Positions 46,959-56,415 of a stretch of DNA of 60,706 nt are shown here, in pieces. The stretch is from an uncultured Bacteroidia bacterium (GTDB lineage: Bacteria > Bacteroidota > Bacteroidia > J057 > CALDDN01), in NCBI GenBank assembly GCA_937936615.1, contig CALDDN010000015.1:1-60706 (forward strand), in the 5' to 3' direction. Made by a program: the position numbers and the translations under genes. Each line of letters begins with the position of its first letter. Position 1 is the first letter of the stretch. The notes under the pieces are model-generated. The model searched no databases, had not been told where the DNA came from, and saw nothing but the letters and a program-made list of their open reading frames with translations.

Positions 46959-48245
46959 ATGTCCGAAACAGCCAAAATCGAGTACAACGGCAGCACTGTT
47001 GAACTGCCCGTTGTAACCGGTACCGAAAACGAAAAAGCCGTTGATATTGGCCCGTTGCGAGCCAAAACGGGCCTCATTACCCTCGATACGGGTTTCAAAA
47101 ACACCGGCTCGACGCAAAGTGCCATTACTTTCCTCGATGGGGAAAACGGCATCCTGCATTACCGCGGCTACCCCATCGAGCAACTGGCCGACCAGTCCAA
47201 CTTCCTCGAAGTAGCCTACCTGCTGATCTACGGCGATTTGCCCAACAAGGCCCAGTTCGATGCCTTCACCACGGCCATCAAGGAAGAAATGCACGTACAC
47301 GAAAACGTGAAAATCTTCCTCAGCGGCTTCCCCCAGTCGGCCCACCCCATGGGCATGCTCTCGTCAGTGATCGCTGCCCTGCACGCCTTTCACCCGCAGG
47401 ACCTTGACCCTTACCGTCCGGCTGAGGCCATCGACCGAACCATTATCCGCCTTTTGGCAAAAATGCCGGTCATCGTTTCGTGGATTCACAGCCATGTCCG
47501 TGGTCTGCCCTGCGTCCAACCCAATGCCAACTACGAGTATGTCGAGGACTACACACGCATGATGTTCAGCGTGCCCACCCACGACTACAAAATCGACCCC
47601 ATTCTGGTATCGGCCCTGCACAAGCTCCTGATCCTGCACGCCGACCACGAGCAGAACTGTTCGACTTCAACCGTACGCATCGTCGGCTCGTCTTTGGCCA
47701 ACCTTTACGCGTCCATTTCGGCGGGCGTAAACGCGCTCTGGGGGCCGCTGCACGGAGGTGCCAATCAGGAGGTTATCGAAATGCTAGAGGAAATCAAGGC
47801 CAACGGCGGTGATGTCGACCTGTACGTCAACAAAGCCAAGGACAAAAACGACAGCTTCCGCCTCATGGGCTTCGGCCACCGCGTCTATAAAAACTTTGAC
47901 CCGCGTGCCCGCATCATTAAGGCCGCGTGCGACGAAATCCTCGGAAAAATGGGCATCGATGACCCCGTTCTTTCGATCGCCAAGCGACTGGAGGAAGTCG
48001 CTCTGCAGGACCCCTATTTCGTCGAACGCAAGCTTTATCCCAACGTCGACTTCTACTCGGGCATCATCTACCGTGCGATCGGCATTCCCGTCGATTTCTT
48101 CACGGTCATGTTTGCCTTGGGCCGTCTGCCCGGCTGGATTGCCCAGTGGAAAGAAATGCTGGCCAACAAAGAACCCATCGGCCGCCCGCGGCAGGTCTAT
48201 GTGGGTCCGGTCAACCGGACTTACGTACCTATTTCAGCCCGCTAA
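46959..48245 (+). CDS. gltA: Citrate synthase
   Basis: YRGYPI, HADHEQNCST, GPLHGGAN, GFGHRVY, YPNVDFYSG. Confidence 0.97.
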   Translation: MSETAKIEYNGSTVELPVVTGTENEKAVDIGPLRAKTGLITLDTGFKNTGSTQSAITFLDGENGILHYRGYPIEQLADQSNFLEVAYLLIYGDLPNKAQFDAFTTAIKEEMHVHENVKIFLSGFPQSAHPMGMLSSVIAALHAFHPQDLDPYRPAEAIDRTIIRLLAKMPVIVSWIHSHVRGLPCVQPNANYEYVEDYTRMMFSVPTHDYKIDPILVSALHKLLILHADHEQNCSTSTVRIVGSSLANLYASISAGVNALWGPLHGGANQEVIEMLEEIKANGGDVDLYVNKAKDKNDSFRLMGFGHRVYKNFDPRARIIKAACDEILGKMGIDDPVLSIAKRLEEVALQDPYFVERKLYPNVDFYSGIIYRAIGIPVDFFTVMFALGRLPGWIAQWKEMLANKEPIGRPRQVYVGPVNRTYVPISAR

Positions 48246-48268
48246 GGCCTGATCAATTCTTTTTGGTT

Positions 48269-48295
48269 CAAAACCCCGCCAATGGTGGGGTTTTG
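48269..48295 (+). terminator. Rho-independent terminator after gltA
   Basis: CAAAACCCCGCC-AAT-GGTGGGGTTTTG stem (one G-U pair) followed by T-rich sequence. Confidence 0.8.
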
Positions 48296-48340
48296 TCGTT
48301 TTGAAGACTTGCTATTGTGATCAAATAAATATATTTGGAC

Positions 48341-48757
48341 ATGAAATCAAAGTCGATGCTGCGGCTTGCCTGTTGCTCCAGCCTGATCTGCATAGTGGCT
48401 GGGCTGTTACTATGGGGTTGCACCAGCGACCGAATCGAACCCAAGCTCGAAGGGTTGGTTCCGTGTGATACAGCAGCGGTAAGTTTCAAAAATGACTTAC
48501 AGCCTTTAATTCAGGTGCGCTGTATCAACCAGGGCTGCCACTGCAATGGCTGCGAAAACACCACGGCCTGGCCTGCTTCTGCACTGTGGGATAACTTCGA
48601 CCAGCTGCGTGCCCGCGCCCTCAATGGCAAACTGCTTGAAAATATTGATGGATCGAAGTCGCCCCGGATGCCCCTCAACCGGCCCCAACTATTTCTCGAT
48701 CCCTGCGATGTAGACAAGTTCCGCCGTTGGATTGCTGCAGGTGCCCCCAACAACTGA
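48341..48757 (+). CDS. Small lipoprotein, putative c-type cytochrome-like (CX4CH)
   Basis: Lipobox LWGC; VSF..D..P...CINQGCH, downstream RMP and W...GA.NN ending. Confidence 0.65.
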   Translation: MKSKSMLRLACCSSLICIVAGLLLWGCTSDRIEPKLEGLVPCDTAAVSFKNDLQPLIQVRCINQGCHCNGCENTTAWPASALWDNFDQLRARALNGKLLENIDGSKSPRMPLNRPQLFLDPCDVDKFRRWIAAGAPNN

Positions 48758-48786
48758 GACTGGTTTTTCGAACCACTGGTTCCTGC

Positions 48787-51700
48787 TCAACGAAGCAACG
48801 TGATATATCCGCGATGAACTTGTCCGCCGATGTGAAGAACATAGAAATAAAGCCCTTCTGGCAAAGTAGAACCTCGGCGGTCGGTACCTGCCCATGGCTG
48901 GGCAGGGGATGAACCTTCAAAAAGCAGCTGACCCTGCCGATCGTAGACCTGAAGAGCGAACGGCTCCACACCCGTGTAGTGAATTTCCCAGCGGTCGTTG
49001 ATGCCGTCCCCGTTAGGAGTAAAAACTGTGGGGATATCGAGTTCCGGCTCACGCACCCGTAGCAGGGGCAGGCTGTCGATACGCAGACAGCCCACCGAGT
49101 CCTCCCAGATCAGACGGATTTGGTAATCGCCCGCCTGCCGGTAGCGATGCCAGACAACCGAATCCGTGGCCGTAGAACCATCGCCCAAGTCCCAGAACCC
49201 TCGCGCCAGCTGCGAACTGCGCCACGCCAGACGTACCTCGGTACGTGGCAGAAAAAGAATCTCATCGCTCCGGAACGAAGCTCTCAGCTCCGCCCGATCA
49301 GGTAATGGGGTATGCCTCAGCTCGACTGGCAGGCGCAGCGTATCAGGACAAGGGGTTTCCGGCCCCGCAATCAGCTGCACCCACCAGCGGCCTGCCTCAA
49401 GGTAACGGTAAGTGGGTTCCCGCAGGCTCGAGATACCCCAGTTGTCTCCGAAATCCCAAGCGAATGTATCGGCATTCCGACTCGTGTTGCGAAAAGCCAC
49501 GTCCCAGACTCCACAGCCCTGCACACTGCTCGGCTCAAAATCCGCAACTGCCTGTGGAAAAACTTCCACAGGAACCTCGACTGCCGTCGTACAAGGCCCC
49601 AAAGTTGCTTCGGCGCGGTAGCGCAACGGAGTCGGCGGCTGGTCTTCGAGCACCGGGCCAGCCAAGGCTCGCCGACTGCCGTCGGACAGGTACCAGCTCC
49701 AGCCGATGCGGTCGGCAGGGTCGGCCCAGGCTCTAAACTCGACGTTCTGACCCTCACACAGACGGGGTGGTCCGCCTTCGATCCGAAGCACCGGCACTGG
49801 CAGCACAGCCACGAGCACCGAGTCGGTGCTGGCACAAGGCCCAATGTTGGCCACCACGTAGTAAAGCGTCGTTTGCGCCGGAAAAGCCAGCGGGCTGCGT
49901 GCATCAGGCTGGTAAAGACTGTCGGAAGGCGTCCAACGTATGCGATACGCGTTCAGCGGCGACAGAACCTGCGTTTGGATGCGCACGCTGTCGCCTTGGC
50001 AGATGCGCAGCTGCTCTTCGGCAATACTGACCACCGGTCGGGGCAGTGCGGCCGCCTGCAGGCGGCCCGGTTCCTCACCTGAACAAAAGCGGTCGCGAAT
50101 CCGAATTTCGAGGTCCACAGTCTCGGGATAGCGGGCCAGCCATCCGAATCCATTCCCAAGACCCACGATCCGCTCCGACGGCGACCAGTCGTAGGCATAG
50201 GGTGGGCTTCCCCCTCGGGCTTGAACGAAAAGAGGCAGGGTATCTCCATCGCAGACATCCCGCGGGCCATCGAGGCGAACAACCGGCCGCTCGCGAACGA
50301 TGATTTCGATGCTGTCGGCCTCACCGAGACAGGAACCCCGTGCTGTCTGAACCGTGTAGCGCGTGCTGCGCAGGGGGCGGGCGATGGGATTGGCGGCAGT
50401 CGGATCATCCAGGTAAACAGCGGGCTGCCACACATAGTCCAGGCCATCCCCGCCGCTGGCAATTCCTCCCAGCTGCACAGCTTCACCCGAACATACCCAC
50501 AGCGTATCCGGCCCCGCATCAGCCACTGGTGGGGGAATGACATAAACAACTGCCGTAGCCAGCGTATCGAGAATCGTAATGCGGTTGGAACAACCCGTCA
50601 GGCGATCGCGCAGGGTCAGGGTATAGATCGTCGTGGTGTCAGGTTGAACAACAGGGTTAAAACTTGCCGGATCGGAAAGCCCCTCCGAGGGGGCCCACTG
50701 CACGGCATAGCGGCCCCAATCCTGCGGGGGAACGGGCGTTGAGTCCGGACGCAAGACCCGCCCCCTCAACCGCAGGGTATCAGGCTTTCCGCCGCAGAGA
50801 AAGAGATTCGGGCCTGCGTCGGCTATCGGGATTTCATGAACGCGAACGCGCAGGGTGAGCGGAGCCGCCGAACATCCCGCATCATCCAGCAGGCTGAGTG
50901 TCCAGGCCGTATCGCGTGGCGGCACGGCAAAGGGCGACACAGACAGCGGATCATCGAGAAAAACAGGAGGGGCCCAACGGGCAAAATAAGGCGGCGTGCC
51001 ACCCTCGACGCGAACGGGAAGACGCACCCCAGCCTGGTCGCGGCAGAAGGCCAGCAGGTGAGTATCGGCTTCGACGCGGGGACGCGGCAGCACCTGCAGG
51101 TGGAGGCTGTCAGGCTCCGACCAGCAGCCCTCGCAGGCAACCTGAACCTCCACCACGGCCGAAGAGTCTGCCCAAACAGCGGTCTCTAGCGCAAAGGGCT
51201 GGTCGAATCGGACCGCCCCCTGCCACCTTGCCCGGCAGCGACCCGTCACGAAGACTTGACTTCGTGCCTGCAGGTACAAGGAATCGCCCGCGCAAAGCAC
51301 GCGATCGGCACCAGCCTCTACCGTAGGCCGCTGCCGCACCCGAACTACGCCGCGGGCTGAAGCCCGACAACCAGCCATCGACCGAGCCTCGGCCATGAGC
51401 GTATAAAAACCAGCATCGGGGGCCACTACACGGTAAATCCACGCTGTATCGTTTTTCTGAATATCAATCCACCGAATCGCGTCCCAGTTAATCCGAATAT
51501 CATCCACTTCGATTTTATTTTTCCTCAAAACGAGAACCGAGGTATCGCCCGAACAGATGTATTCAGGCAGCTGCCATTCCAATTCGGGTGGATCGCCCAG
51601 ACGGATGCAAAAAGTGTCGGTGGTCACGCAGCCGGCAGGGCAATCGATCCGCAGCAGGTAGCAGGTGTCGCGATCGGGACGCACCCTGACGCGCCGGTTC

Positions 51701-51927
51701 CGCAAGCTGCCCTCCAGTCGGTAGCGGGTCAGCCACAGGTAATCGCAGTCGGCCAGCCCGCCGCTGTCGGAAAGGGCCGTAAGCTCCAGGCCCCGTGCAT
51801 CACCACGACACAGACTCAGCTCGACCCGCTGGCCACAGTCCGAGGAAGTTTGAGCCGCGACTCGTGGTACACTCACCCACAGACAGACTGAAAAAGCCAG
51901 TACCAGCAAGCCACTGGGTGCGGTCAT
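48787..51927 (-). CDS. T9SS type B (gliding-motility-associated CTD) protein with Ig-like/PKD repeats
   Basis: Signal peptide from ATG 51927; ADAGPD...W.P..L repeats; WDFGD/WDLGDG PKD; CTD PTVFTPNGDGIND...YDRQG...G.YFY...TLLR. Confidence 0.9.
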   Translation of the reverse strand: MTAPSGLLVLAFSVCLWVSVPRVAAQTSSDCGQRVELSLCRGDARGLELTALSDSGGLADCDYLWLTRYRLEGSLRNRRVRVRPDRDTCYLLRIDCPAGCVTTDTFCIRLGDPPELEWQLPEYICSGDTSVLVLRKNKIEVDDIRINWDAIRWIDIQKNDTAWIYRVVAPDAGFYTLMAEARSMAGCRASARGVVRVRQRPTVEAGADRVLCAGDSLYLQARSQVFVTGRCRARWQGAVRFDQPFALETAVWADSSAVVEVQVACEGCWSEPDSLHLQVLPRPRVEADTHLLAFCRDQAGVRLPVRVEGGTPPYFARWAPPVFLDDPLSVSPFAVPPRDTAWTLSLLDDAGCSAAPLTLRVRVHEIPIADAGPNLFLCGGKPDTLRLRGRVLRPDSTPVPPQDWGRYAVQWAPSEGLSDPASFNPVVQPDTTTIYTLTLRDRLTGCSNRITILDTLATAVVYVIPPPVADAGPDTLWVCSGEAVQLGGIASGGDGLDYVWQPAVYLDDPTAANPIARPLRSTRYTVQTARGSCLGEADSIEIIVRERPVVRLDGPRDVCDGDTLPLFVQARGGSPPYAYDWSPSERIVGLGNGFGWLARYPETVDLEIRIRDRFCSGEEPGRLQAAALPRPVVSIAEEQLRICQGDSVRIQTQVLSPLNAYRIRWTPSDSLYQPDARSPLAFPAQTTLYYVVANIGPCASTDSVLVAVLPVPVLRIEGGPPRLCEGQNVEFRAWADPADRIGWSWYLSDGSRRALAGPVLEDQPPTPLRYRAEATLGPCTTAVEVPVEVFPQAVADFEPSSVQGCGVWDVAFRNTSRNADTFAWDFGDNWGISSLREPTYRYLEAGRWWVQLIAGPETPCPDTLRLPVELRHTPLPDRAELRASFRSDEILFLPRTEVRLAWRSSQLARGFWDLGDGSTATDSVVWHRYRQAGDYQIRLIWEDSVGCLRIDSLPLLRVREPELDIPTVFTPNGDGINDRWEIHYTGVEPFALQVYDRQGQLLFEGSSPAQPWAGTDRRGSTLPEGLYFYVLHIGGQVHRGYITLLR

Positions 51928-52023
51928 TTCTAAGGAAACAGGGAGTTTGGGCAACCTCAATCGAAAGGGAACGCACATGCGGTCGATTTTTGCTTACTTT
52001 TGGTTTCAGGGCTTGGTTGGAAC

Positions 52024-53292
52024 ATGAAGATACTCATTTTGGGCGCGGGTGGGCGCGAACATGCCATCGGCTGGAAGCTCAGCGAATCGGATCACGTGCC
52101 AGAACTGCTTTTTGCCCCCGGCAACGCAGGTACTCAAGCCTTGGGTCAGTCGCTCGACCTCGATCCCACCGATGTTTCGTCCGTAGTGGCCGCGGCTCAG
52201 GCCCATGCCGTCGACCTGATCATCGTAGGACCTGAAGCTCCCTTGGTAGCGGGTGTTGCCGATGCGCTGCGGGCAGCCGGTTTTCAAGTGGTCGGCCCCA
52301 ACCGGGCTGCCGCTCAATTGGAAGGCAGCAAAGCCTTTGCCAAAGCCTTTATGCGGGAATTTGGCATTCCGACGGCCGAGTACCGTCTGCTGCACCGAGA
52401 CCAGGAAAGCGAAGCCCATACCTGGCTGGCCGAGCAGACACACGGCATTGTTCTCAAGGCAGACGGGCTGGCAGCGGGCAAAGGCGTTTTTATCTGCCGA
52501 AATCCCAATCAAGCTTTTGAGGTTCTCGATCAGCTCTGGAAGCACAATAGCCTGGGGGCAGCGGCAGATATCATTGTAGCTGAGGAACTGCTCGTCGGAC
52601 CCGAGCTGTCGATCATCGTGGCAGTCGATGGAATCAATTTTCGCACTCTGCCCCCAGCCAAGGACTACAAACGCGCCTACGATGGCGACCTTGGCCCCAA
52701 CACTGGGGGTATGGGGGCAGTAAGTCCTGTACCCGATTACGACACCCTGGAACTGAGCCTGATCGAAAGCCGGTTTGTCGAACCAACGATCAAGGGCTTG
52801 CAGGCGCGAGGGCTGAACTACCGAGGCTTCATCTACTTAGGTTTGCTGCGCAGCCGCAAAGGCATCCGCCTGCTGGAATACAACGTACGTCTGGGCGACC
52901 CGGAAACTCAGGTACTACTGCCACGCATCGAAACCGATTTCGTGGACTTTTGCGTAGCCATCGCTCAAGGCCGACTGGCAGACATCCGGCTCGAGATGCG
53001 CATCGATGCCGTTGTAGGGGTCGTGCTTACCGCTGCAGGCTACCCGGGGGCCTATCCAACAGGCATGCCGATAACTGGCCTTGATCGGGCGGCTGCCCTC
53101 GACCATACTCTCGTTTTCCATTCGGGTACCCGTCGCGAAGGCGACCAAATTTTAACGGCTGGCGGACGGGTGCTGACAGTCTGCGCAGCTGGAACGCGGA
53201 TCGAGGATGCCCGCCGCAAAGCCTACGAGGCGGCAAGCCTCATCGACTTCGAACACAAAACCTTTCGTACCGACATCGCCGACGGGTTATGA
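52024..53292 (+). CDS. purD: Phosphoribosylamine--glycine ligase
   Basis: GAGGREHA, GPEAPL, KADGLAAGKGV, GPNTGGMGA, EYNVRLGDPE; TACTTTTG box at 51995-52002. Confidence 0.97.
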   Translation: MKILILGAGGREHAIGWKLSESDHVPELLFAPGNAGTQALGQSLDLDPTDVSSVVAAAQAHAVDLIIVGPEAPLVAGVADALRAAGFQVVGPNRAAAQLEGSKAFAKAFMREFGIPTAEYRLLHRDQESEAHTWLAEQTHGIVLKADGLAAGKGVFICRNPNQAFEVLDQLWKHNSLGAAADIIVAEELLVGPELSIIVAVDGINFRTLPPAKDYKRAYDGDLGPNTGGMGAVSPVPDYDTLELSLIESRFVEPTIKGLQARGLNYRGFIYLGLLRSRKGIRLLEYNVRLGDPETQVLLPRIETDFVDFCVAIAQGRLADIRLEMRIDAVVGVVLTAAGYPGAYPTGMPITGLDRAAALDHTLVFHSGTRREGDQILTAGGRVLTVCAAGTRIEDARRKAYEAASLIDFEHKTFRTDIADGL

Positions 53293-53341
53293 TTCCAGCG
53301 CATTCGGCCCCCCACCCGACGCGTGCCGCGGCTGTTCTCGT

Positions 53342-53842
53342 ATGTCTTTGAAAGCGGAAATGAGCTACACCTACAAAGGGCTGGGTATGCCCCGCCCGCC
53401 GAAAAGGCACCAGCAGGTACTATACTACATTGCCCATAACATCAATGCTTTATTAATGGATTCGGGCGTAGAGGCATATCCCGAAATCAGAGCGGATGAA
53501 GGAAACCGCAATTCGCTAAGCCCTGACGTAGGTGTTTACTTCCCCGGCCGATTCGGGCCGGTGTTAATCGTGGAAGTTTCAGAGAACCGAGATTCGGCCT
53601 CAGAATTCAGGAGACTTAAACTGGAAGACTACACCGCGTGGCACCAACGGGGGCGATTCGATTTTGAAGAGCTTTTTCACGTTGACATGTACAGGAATAG
53701 GATTGACCTTCACCTTTTCTCTGTTGCCAACCGGAGCCTGCCGCGTCAAGACCTCATCGGCGTAAGCTACAGTCGCCTGCTCGACTTCGATCTACGCGAA
53801 CTGTGCCTGCATTTCCGCGACTTCCGCGCCAAGTATGGATAA
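53342..53842 (+). CDS. Uma2-like PD-(D/E)xK endonuclease-fold protein
   Basis: P..RHQ, SPDVGVY, LIVEVS, KLEDY, EELFHVD follow the Uma2 pattern; start at ATG 53342 or 53360. Confidence 0.65.
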   Translation: MSLKAEMSYTYKGLGMPRPPKRHQQVLYYIAHNINALLMDSGVEAYPEIRADEGNRNSLSPDVGVYFPGRFGPVLIVEVSENRDSASEFRRLKLEDYTAWHQRGRFDFEELFHVDMYRNRIDLHLFSVANRSLPRQDLIGVSYSRLLDFDLRELCLHFRDFRAKYG

Positions 53843-53857
53843 CCCGAAACCAAGCCG

Positions 53858-53884
53858 CCCGCCCACGCAGGCGGGTTCTCTTTT
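53858..53884 (+). terminator. Rho-independent terminator after the Uma2-like gene
   Basis: CCCGCC-CACGCA-GGCGGG followed by TTCTCTTTT. Confidence 0.7.
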
Positions 53885-54054
53885 GCCATTCTGTCAGACC
53901 GAAGACGTAAAAACGAAAAAAGTTTAGAAACTTACTTACTGTGGTTGCCAGAAAAATTAGTCAAGCAATTTAGGCCAATAAGATAAAGCTATAGGCTTTG
54001 GGGGGTATCTGGCAAGTCTGGTAAACTGATTTAGCTGTTTCTGGTAAGACTGTT

Positions 54055-54388
54055 AATTTTAAACCGGCAACCACCAAGTCCCATGAATGGTCGATGAGCT
54101 GCTCCACCAACACATCGGACAGACTACCCTCCAAGGTTAAGTAAGGGAGTTCCTGTGCTTTTTATTCATGTGGTAGCCCGGGCTGATGACGGGTTGAAGC
54201 CCTTGCAGTTTGCAAGGCCCACGCGGGGCTGCATTTGAGGCTGACAGTTATGGGGCGGGTATATTTAGGTTGGGAATAGCGAAAATTTTATTTACAACCT
54301 TAAAAACCAAGGTGTTATCATCCCAAGGCATATGCCCGCTCGAAGCAGGTCTGGCAAGGCAGTAGGCCCGCAGCTGATCAAAAGTCAT
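54055..54388 (-). pseudogene. MmcQ/YjbR-family DNA-binding protein pseudogene
   Basis: Four segments separated by frame changes: MTFDQLRAYCL..TLVFKVVNKIFA / ITVSLKCSP.WAL / PVISPGYHMNKKHRN / LTLEGSLSDVLVEQLIDHSWDLVVAGL; end coordinate approximate. Confidence 0.85.
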
Positions 54389-54525
54389 AGATATCCAAAG
54401 ACCGAGTGGAAAGCCTAAGTTAAGGGCCGGACAGGCTAGGCCATTCTGTTGAGCCAACGCTTATTTTTGCGCTTTTGAGTCTGAAAGGGTTTAGCCCCTA
54501 TCCAACCTACCGAAACCCGAACATC

Positions 54526-55233
54526 ATGGGCCGTGCTTTTGAATACCGCCGCGCAGCCAAAGAAAAACGCTGGAGCAAGATGTCCCGCATTTTTCCCAAG
54601 CTGGCCAAAGCCATCACCTTTGCCGCCAAGACCGGTGGCCCCAACCCTGAAGTAAACCCGGCTTTGCGTGTTGCCATCCAGAACGCCAAGGCCGATAACA
54701 TGCCCAAGGAAAACATCGAGGCCGCCATCAAGCGGGCTACCGCCAAAGACCTCAAAGACCTGGAGGAAGTGGTGTACGAGGGTTATGGACCGCACGGAGT
54801 AGCCATAATGGTCGAGTGCACGACCGACAACCCCACCCGTACGGTAGCCAACGTCCGCTCCTACTTCAACAAGGCCGGCGGCTCGCTGGGCAAATCTGGG
54901 TCGGTCGATTACCTGTTTACGCGGCGGGCTGTCTTCCGCTTTCCAGCCGAAGGCCAATCGATCGAAGACCTGGAATTGGAACTGATCGACTTCGGCCTCG
55001 AAGAGCTGTTCCAGGAAGACGAGGAGCTGGTACTGCTGACCCCCTTTGAATCTTTCGGCGAAATGCAAAAAGAACTGGAGCGGCGAGGCATCGCCGTCAG
55101 TAAATCGGAAGTGCAACGTTTTCCCAATACCACTACGGAACTGACCGAAGCCCAGGTAGCAGATGTGGAAAAGCTCATCGACCGGCTCGAAGAAGACGAC
55201 GATGTGCAAGCCGTTTACCATACGATGGCATAG
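54526..55233 (+). CDS. yebC: YebC/PmpR-family protein
   Basis: MGRAFEYR, NMPKENIEAAI, YEGYGPHG, TDNPTRT, LEEDDDVQAVY; TATTTTTG box at 54462-54469. Confidence 0.96.
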   Translation: MGRAFEYRRAAKEKRWSKMSRIFPKLAKAITFAAKTGGPNPEVNPALRVAIQNAKADNMPKENIEAAIKRATAKDLKDLEEVVYEGYGPHGVAIMVECTTDNPTRTVANVRSYFNKAGGSLGKSGSVDYLFTRRAVFRFPAEGQSIEDLELELIDFGLEELFQEDEELVLLTPFESFGEMQKELERRGIAVSKSEVQRFPNTTTELTEAQVADVEKLIDRLEEDDDVQAVYHTMA

Positions 55234-55431
55234 GCAGTTTCGATTCAACCGCGATCGGGTCAATTCGAAGGTTGAAAAAGGATTCATTCGACCTGATTCG
55301 AAGCCCGGCTGTTGAAAGCTTGCGAGTTAATTGGGTGTAGGAAATGGCCTCCCTTATAGAATAAAAATAAATACAGGAAGACCGCCGAATTTTAATATTT
55401 TCATAAATGCAGGCTGAAACTGATCAAAAGA

Positions 55432-56415
55432 TCAGCCTTCCAGGAAATTAAACCAGCGCAAGCGGGCCAACCCGAAAGCAAACAGCCAGCACATCAAAGC
55501 CCCTACCAAAAACCCATGGTAGCGATCGTACATTCGGTTGAATAGAATCTGCTCCGAGCGTCGCCCTTGGCGGCCTTTGAGTTCGTGTACCAGCTGCTCG
55601 AGGGTTTCTTCGCGGGCAGCATCGAAGTAGACCCCACCCGTGATCTGGGCGATTTGCTGCAGCGTGGACGCGTCAAAATCGGTTGTATCGCCCACAGCAT
55701 AGAGGTTTTTTATAGGCAGCTTGACAACCGAACCGGTGCCAACGGTAAGAACGGGAATCTGGCGACGAGCAGCCAGATAGGCGGCATTGATCGGGTCGAA
55801 AGCTCCGACGTTGTGTACGCCGTCGCTGAACAGGATCATGATCGGGCTGCGGGTGCCCGACTCTTCCAGCCGGTTGATGCCGGCAGCCAGCGCATTGCCT
55901 ATGGCAGTACCCTCTTTGGGCAGAATCTCAGTAGTCAACTCAGCGAACTGAGTCTGCAGGTAAGCGTGATCACTCGTTATGGGGATGTAAGAAAAAGCTT
56001 CCTGCGCAAAGAGCACCATGCCGAAGGCATCGTCCGGTCGGGCGCGTACCAGATCGGAAAGCAGCCGGCGGGCTACCGACAGGCGATTGGGAGTCAGGTC
56101 GTTAGTTTCCATGCTGGCCGAGACGTCGACAAGGAGCAGCACATCGAGTCCCACACGTTCGCGCGGCAGGTTGCCCTCAATGGAGCGGGGCCGCATCAGG
56201 GCCAACACCAGCAGTACCAGACCGGCTACCTGAAGCCCGGGAGCCAGCCAGTGCAGAAGCCGCCAGATTCGGGGCAGTTTCACCAGCTCGGTAGGCGTGT
56301 AGCTGAGCCGAAGTACCAGCCGCTGCCGCCGGTAACCCCAGCCGTACCACACCAGCCAGAGCAGGGGTAAAATCAGCAGCCAGAGCCGTTCGGGATGTTC
56401 GAAATACAGGTTCAT
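55432..56415 (-). CDS. batA: BatA-like vWA-domain membrane protein
   Basis: N-terminal F..P..LWLL and LALMRP; MIDAS DVSASM; GTAIG.A; SDG; LQQIAQITGG.YF; C-terminal TM. Confidence 0.8.
   Translation of the reverse strand: MNLYFEHPERLWLLILPLLWLVWYGWGYRRQRLVLRLSYTPTELVKLPRIWRLLHWLAPGLQVAGLVLLVLALMRPRSIEGNLPRERVGLDVLLLVDVSASMETNDLTPNRLSVARRLLSDLVRARPDDAFGMVLFAQEAFSYIPITSDHAYLQTQFAELTTEILPKEGTAIGNALAAGINRLEESGTRSPIMILFSDGVHNVGAFDPINAAYLAARRQIPVLTVGTGSVVKLPIKNLYAVGDTTDFDASTLQQIAQITGGVYFDAAREETLEQLVHELKGRQGRRSEQILFNRMYDRYHGFLVGALMCWLFAFGLARLRWFNFLEG

Noticed and set aside
55234-55431. Short repeats (ATTCGAAG twice, TTCAACC/GGTTGAA) between yebC and batA as a mini-CRISPR or MITE
   Set aside because: Repeats are only 7-8 nt and irregularly spaced, with no target duplication or cas gene
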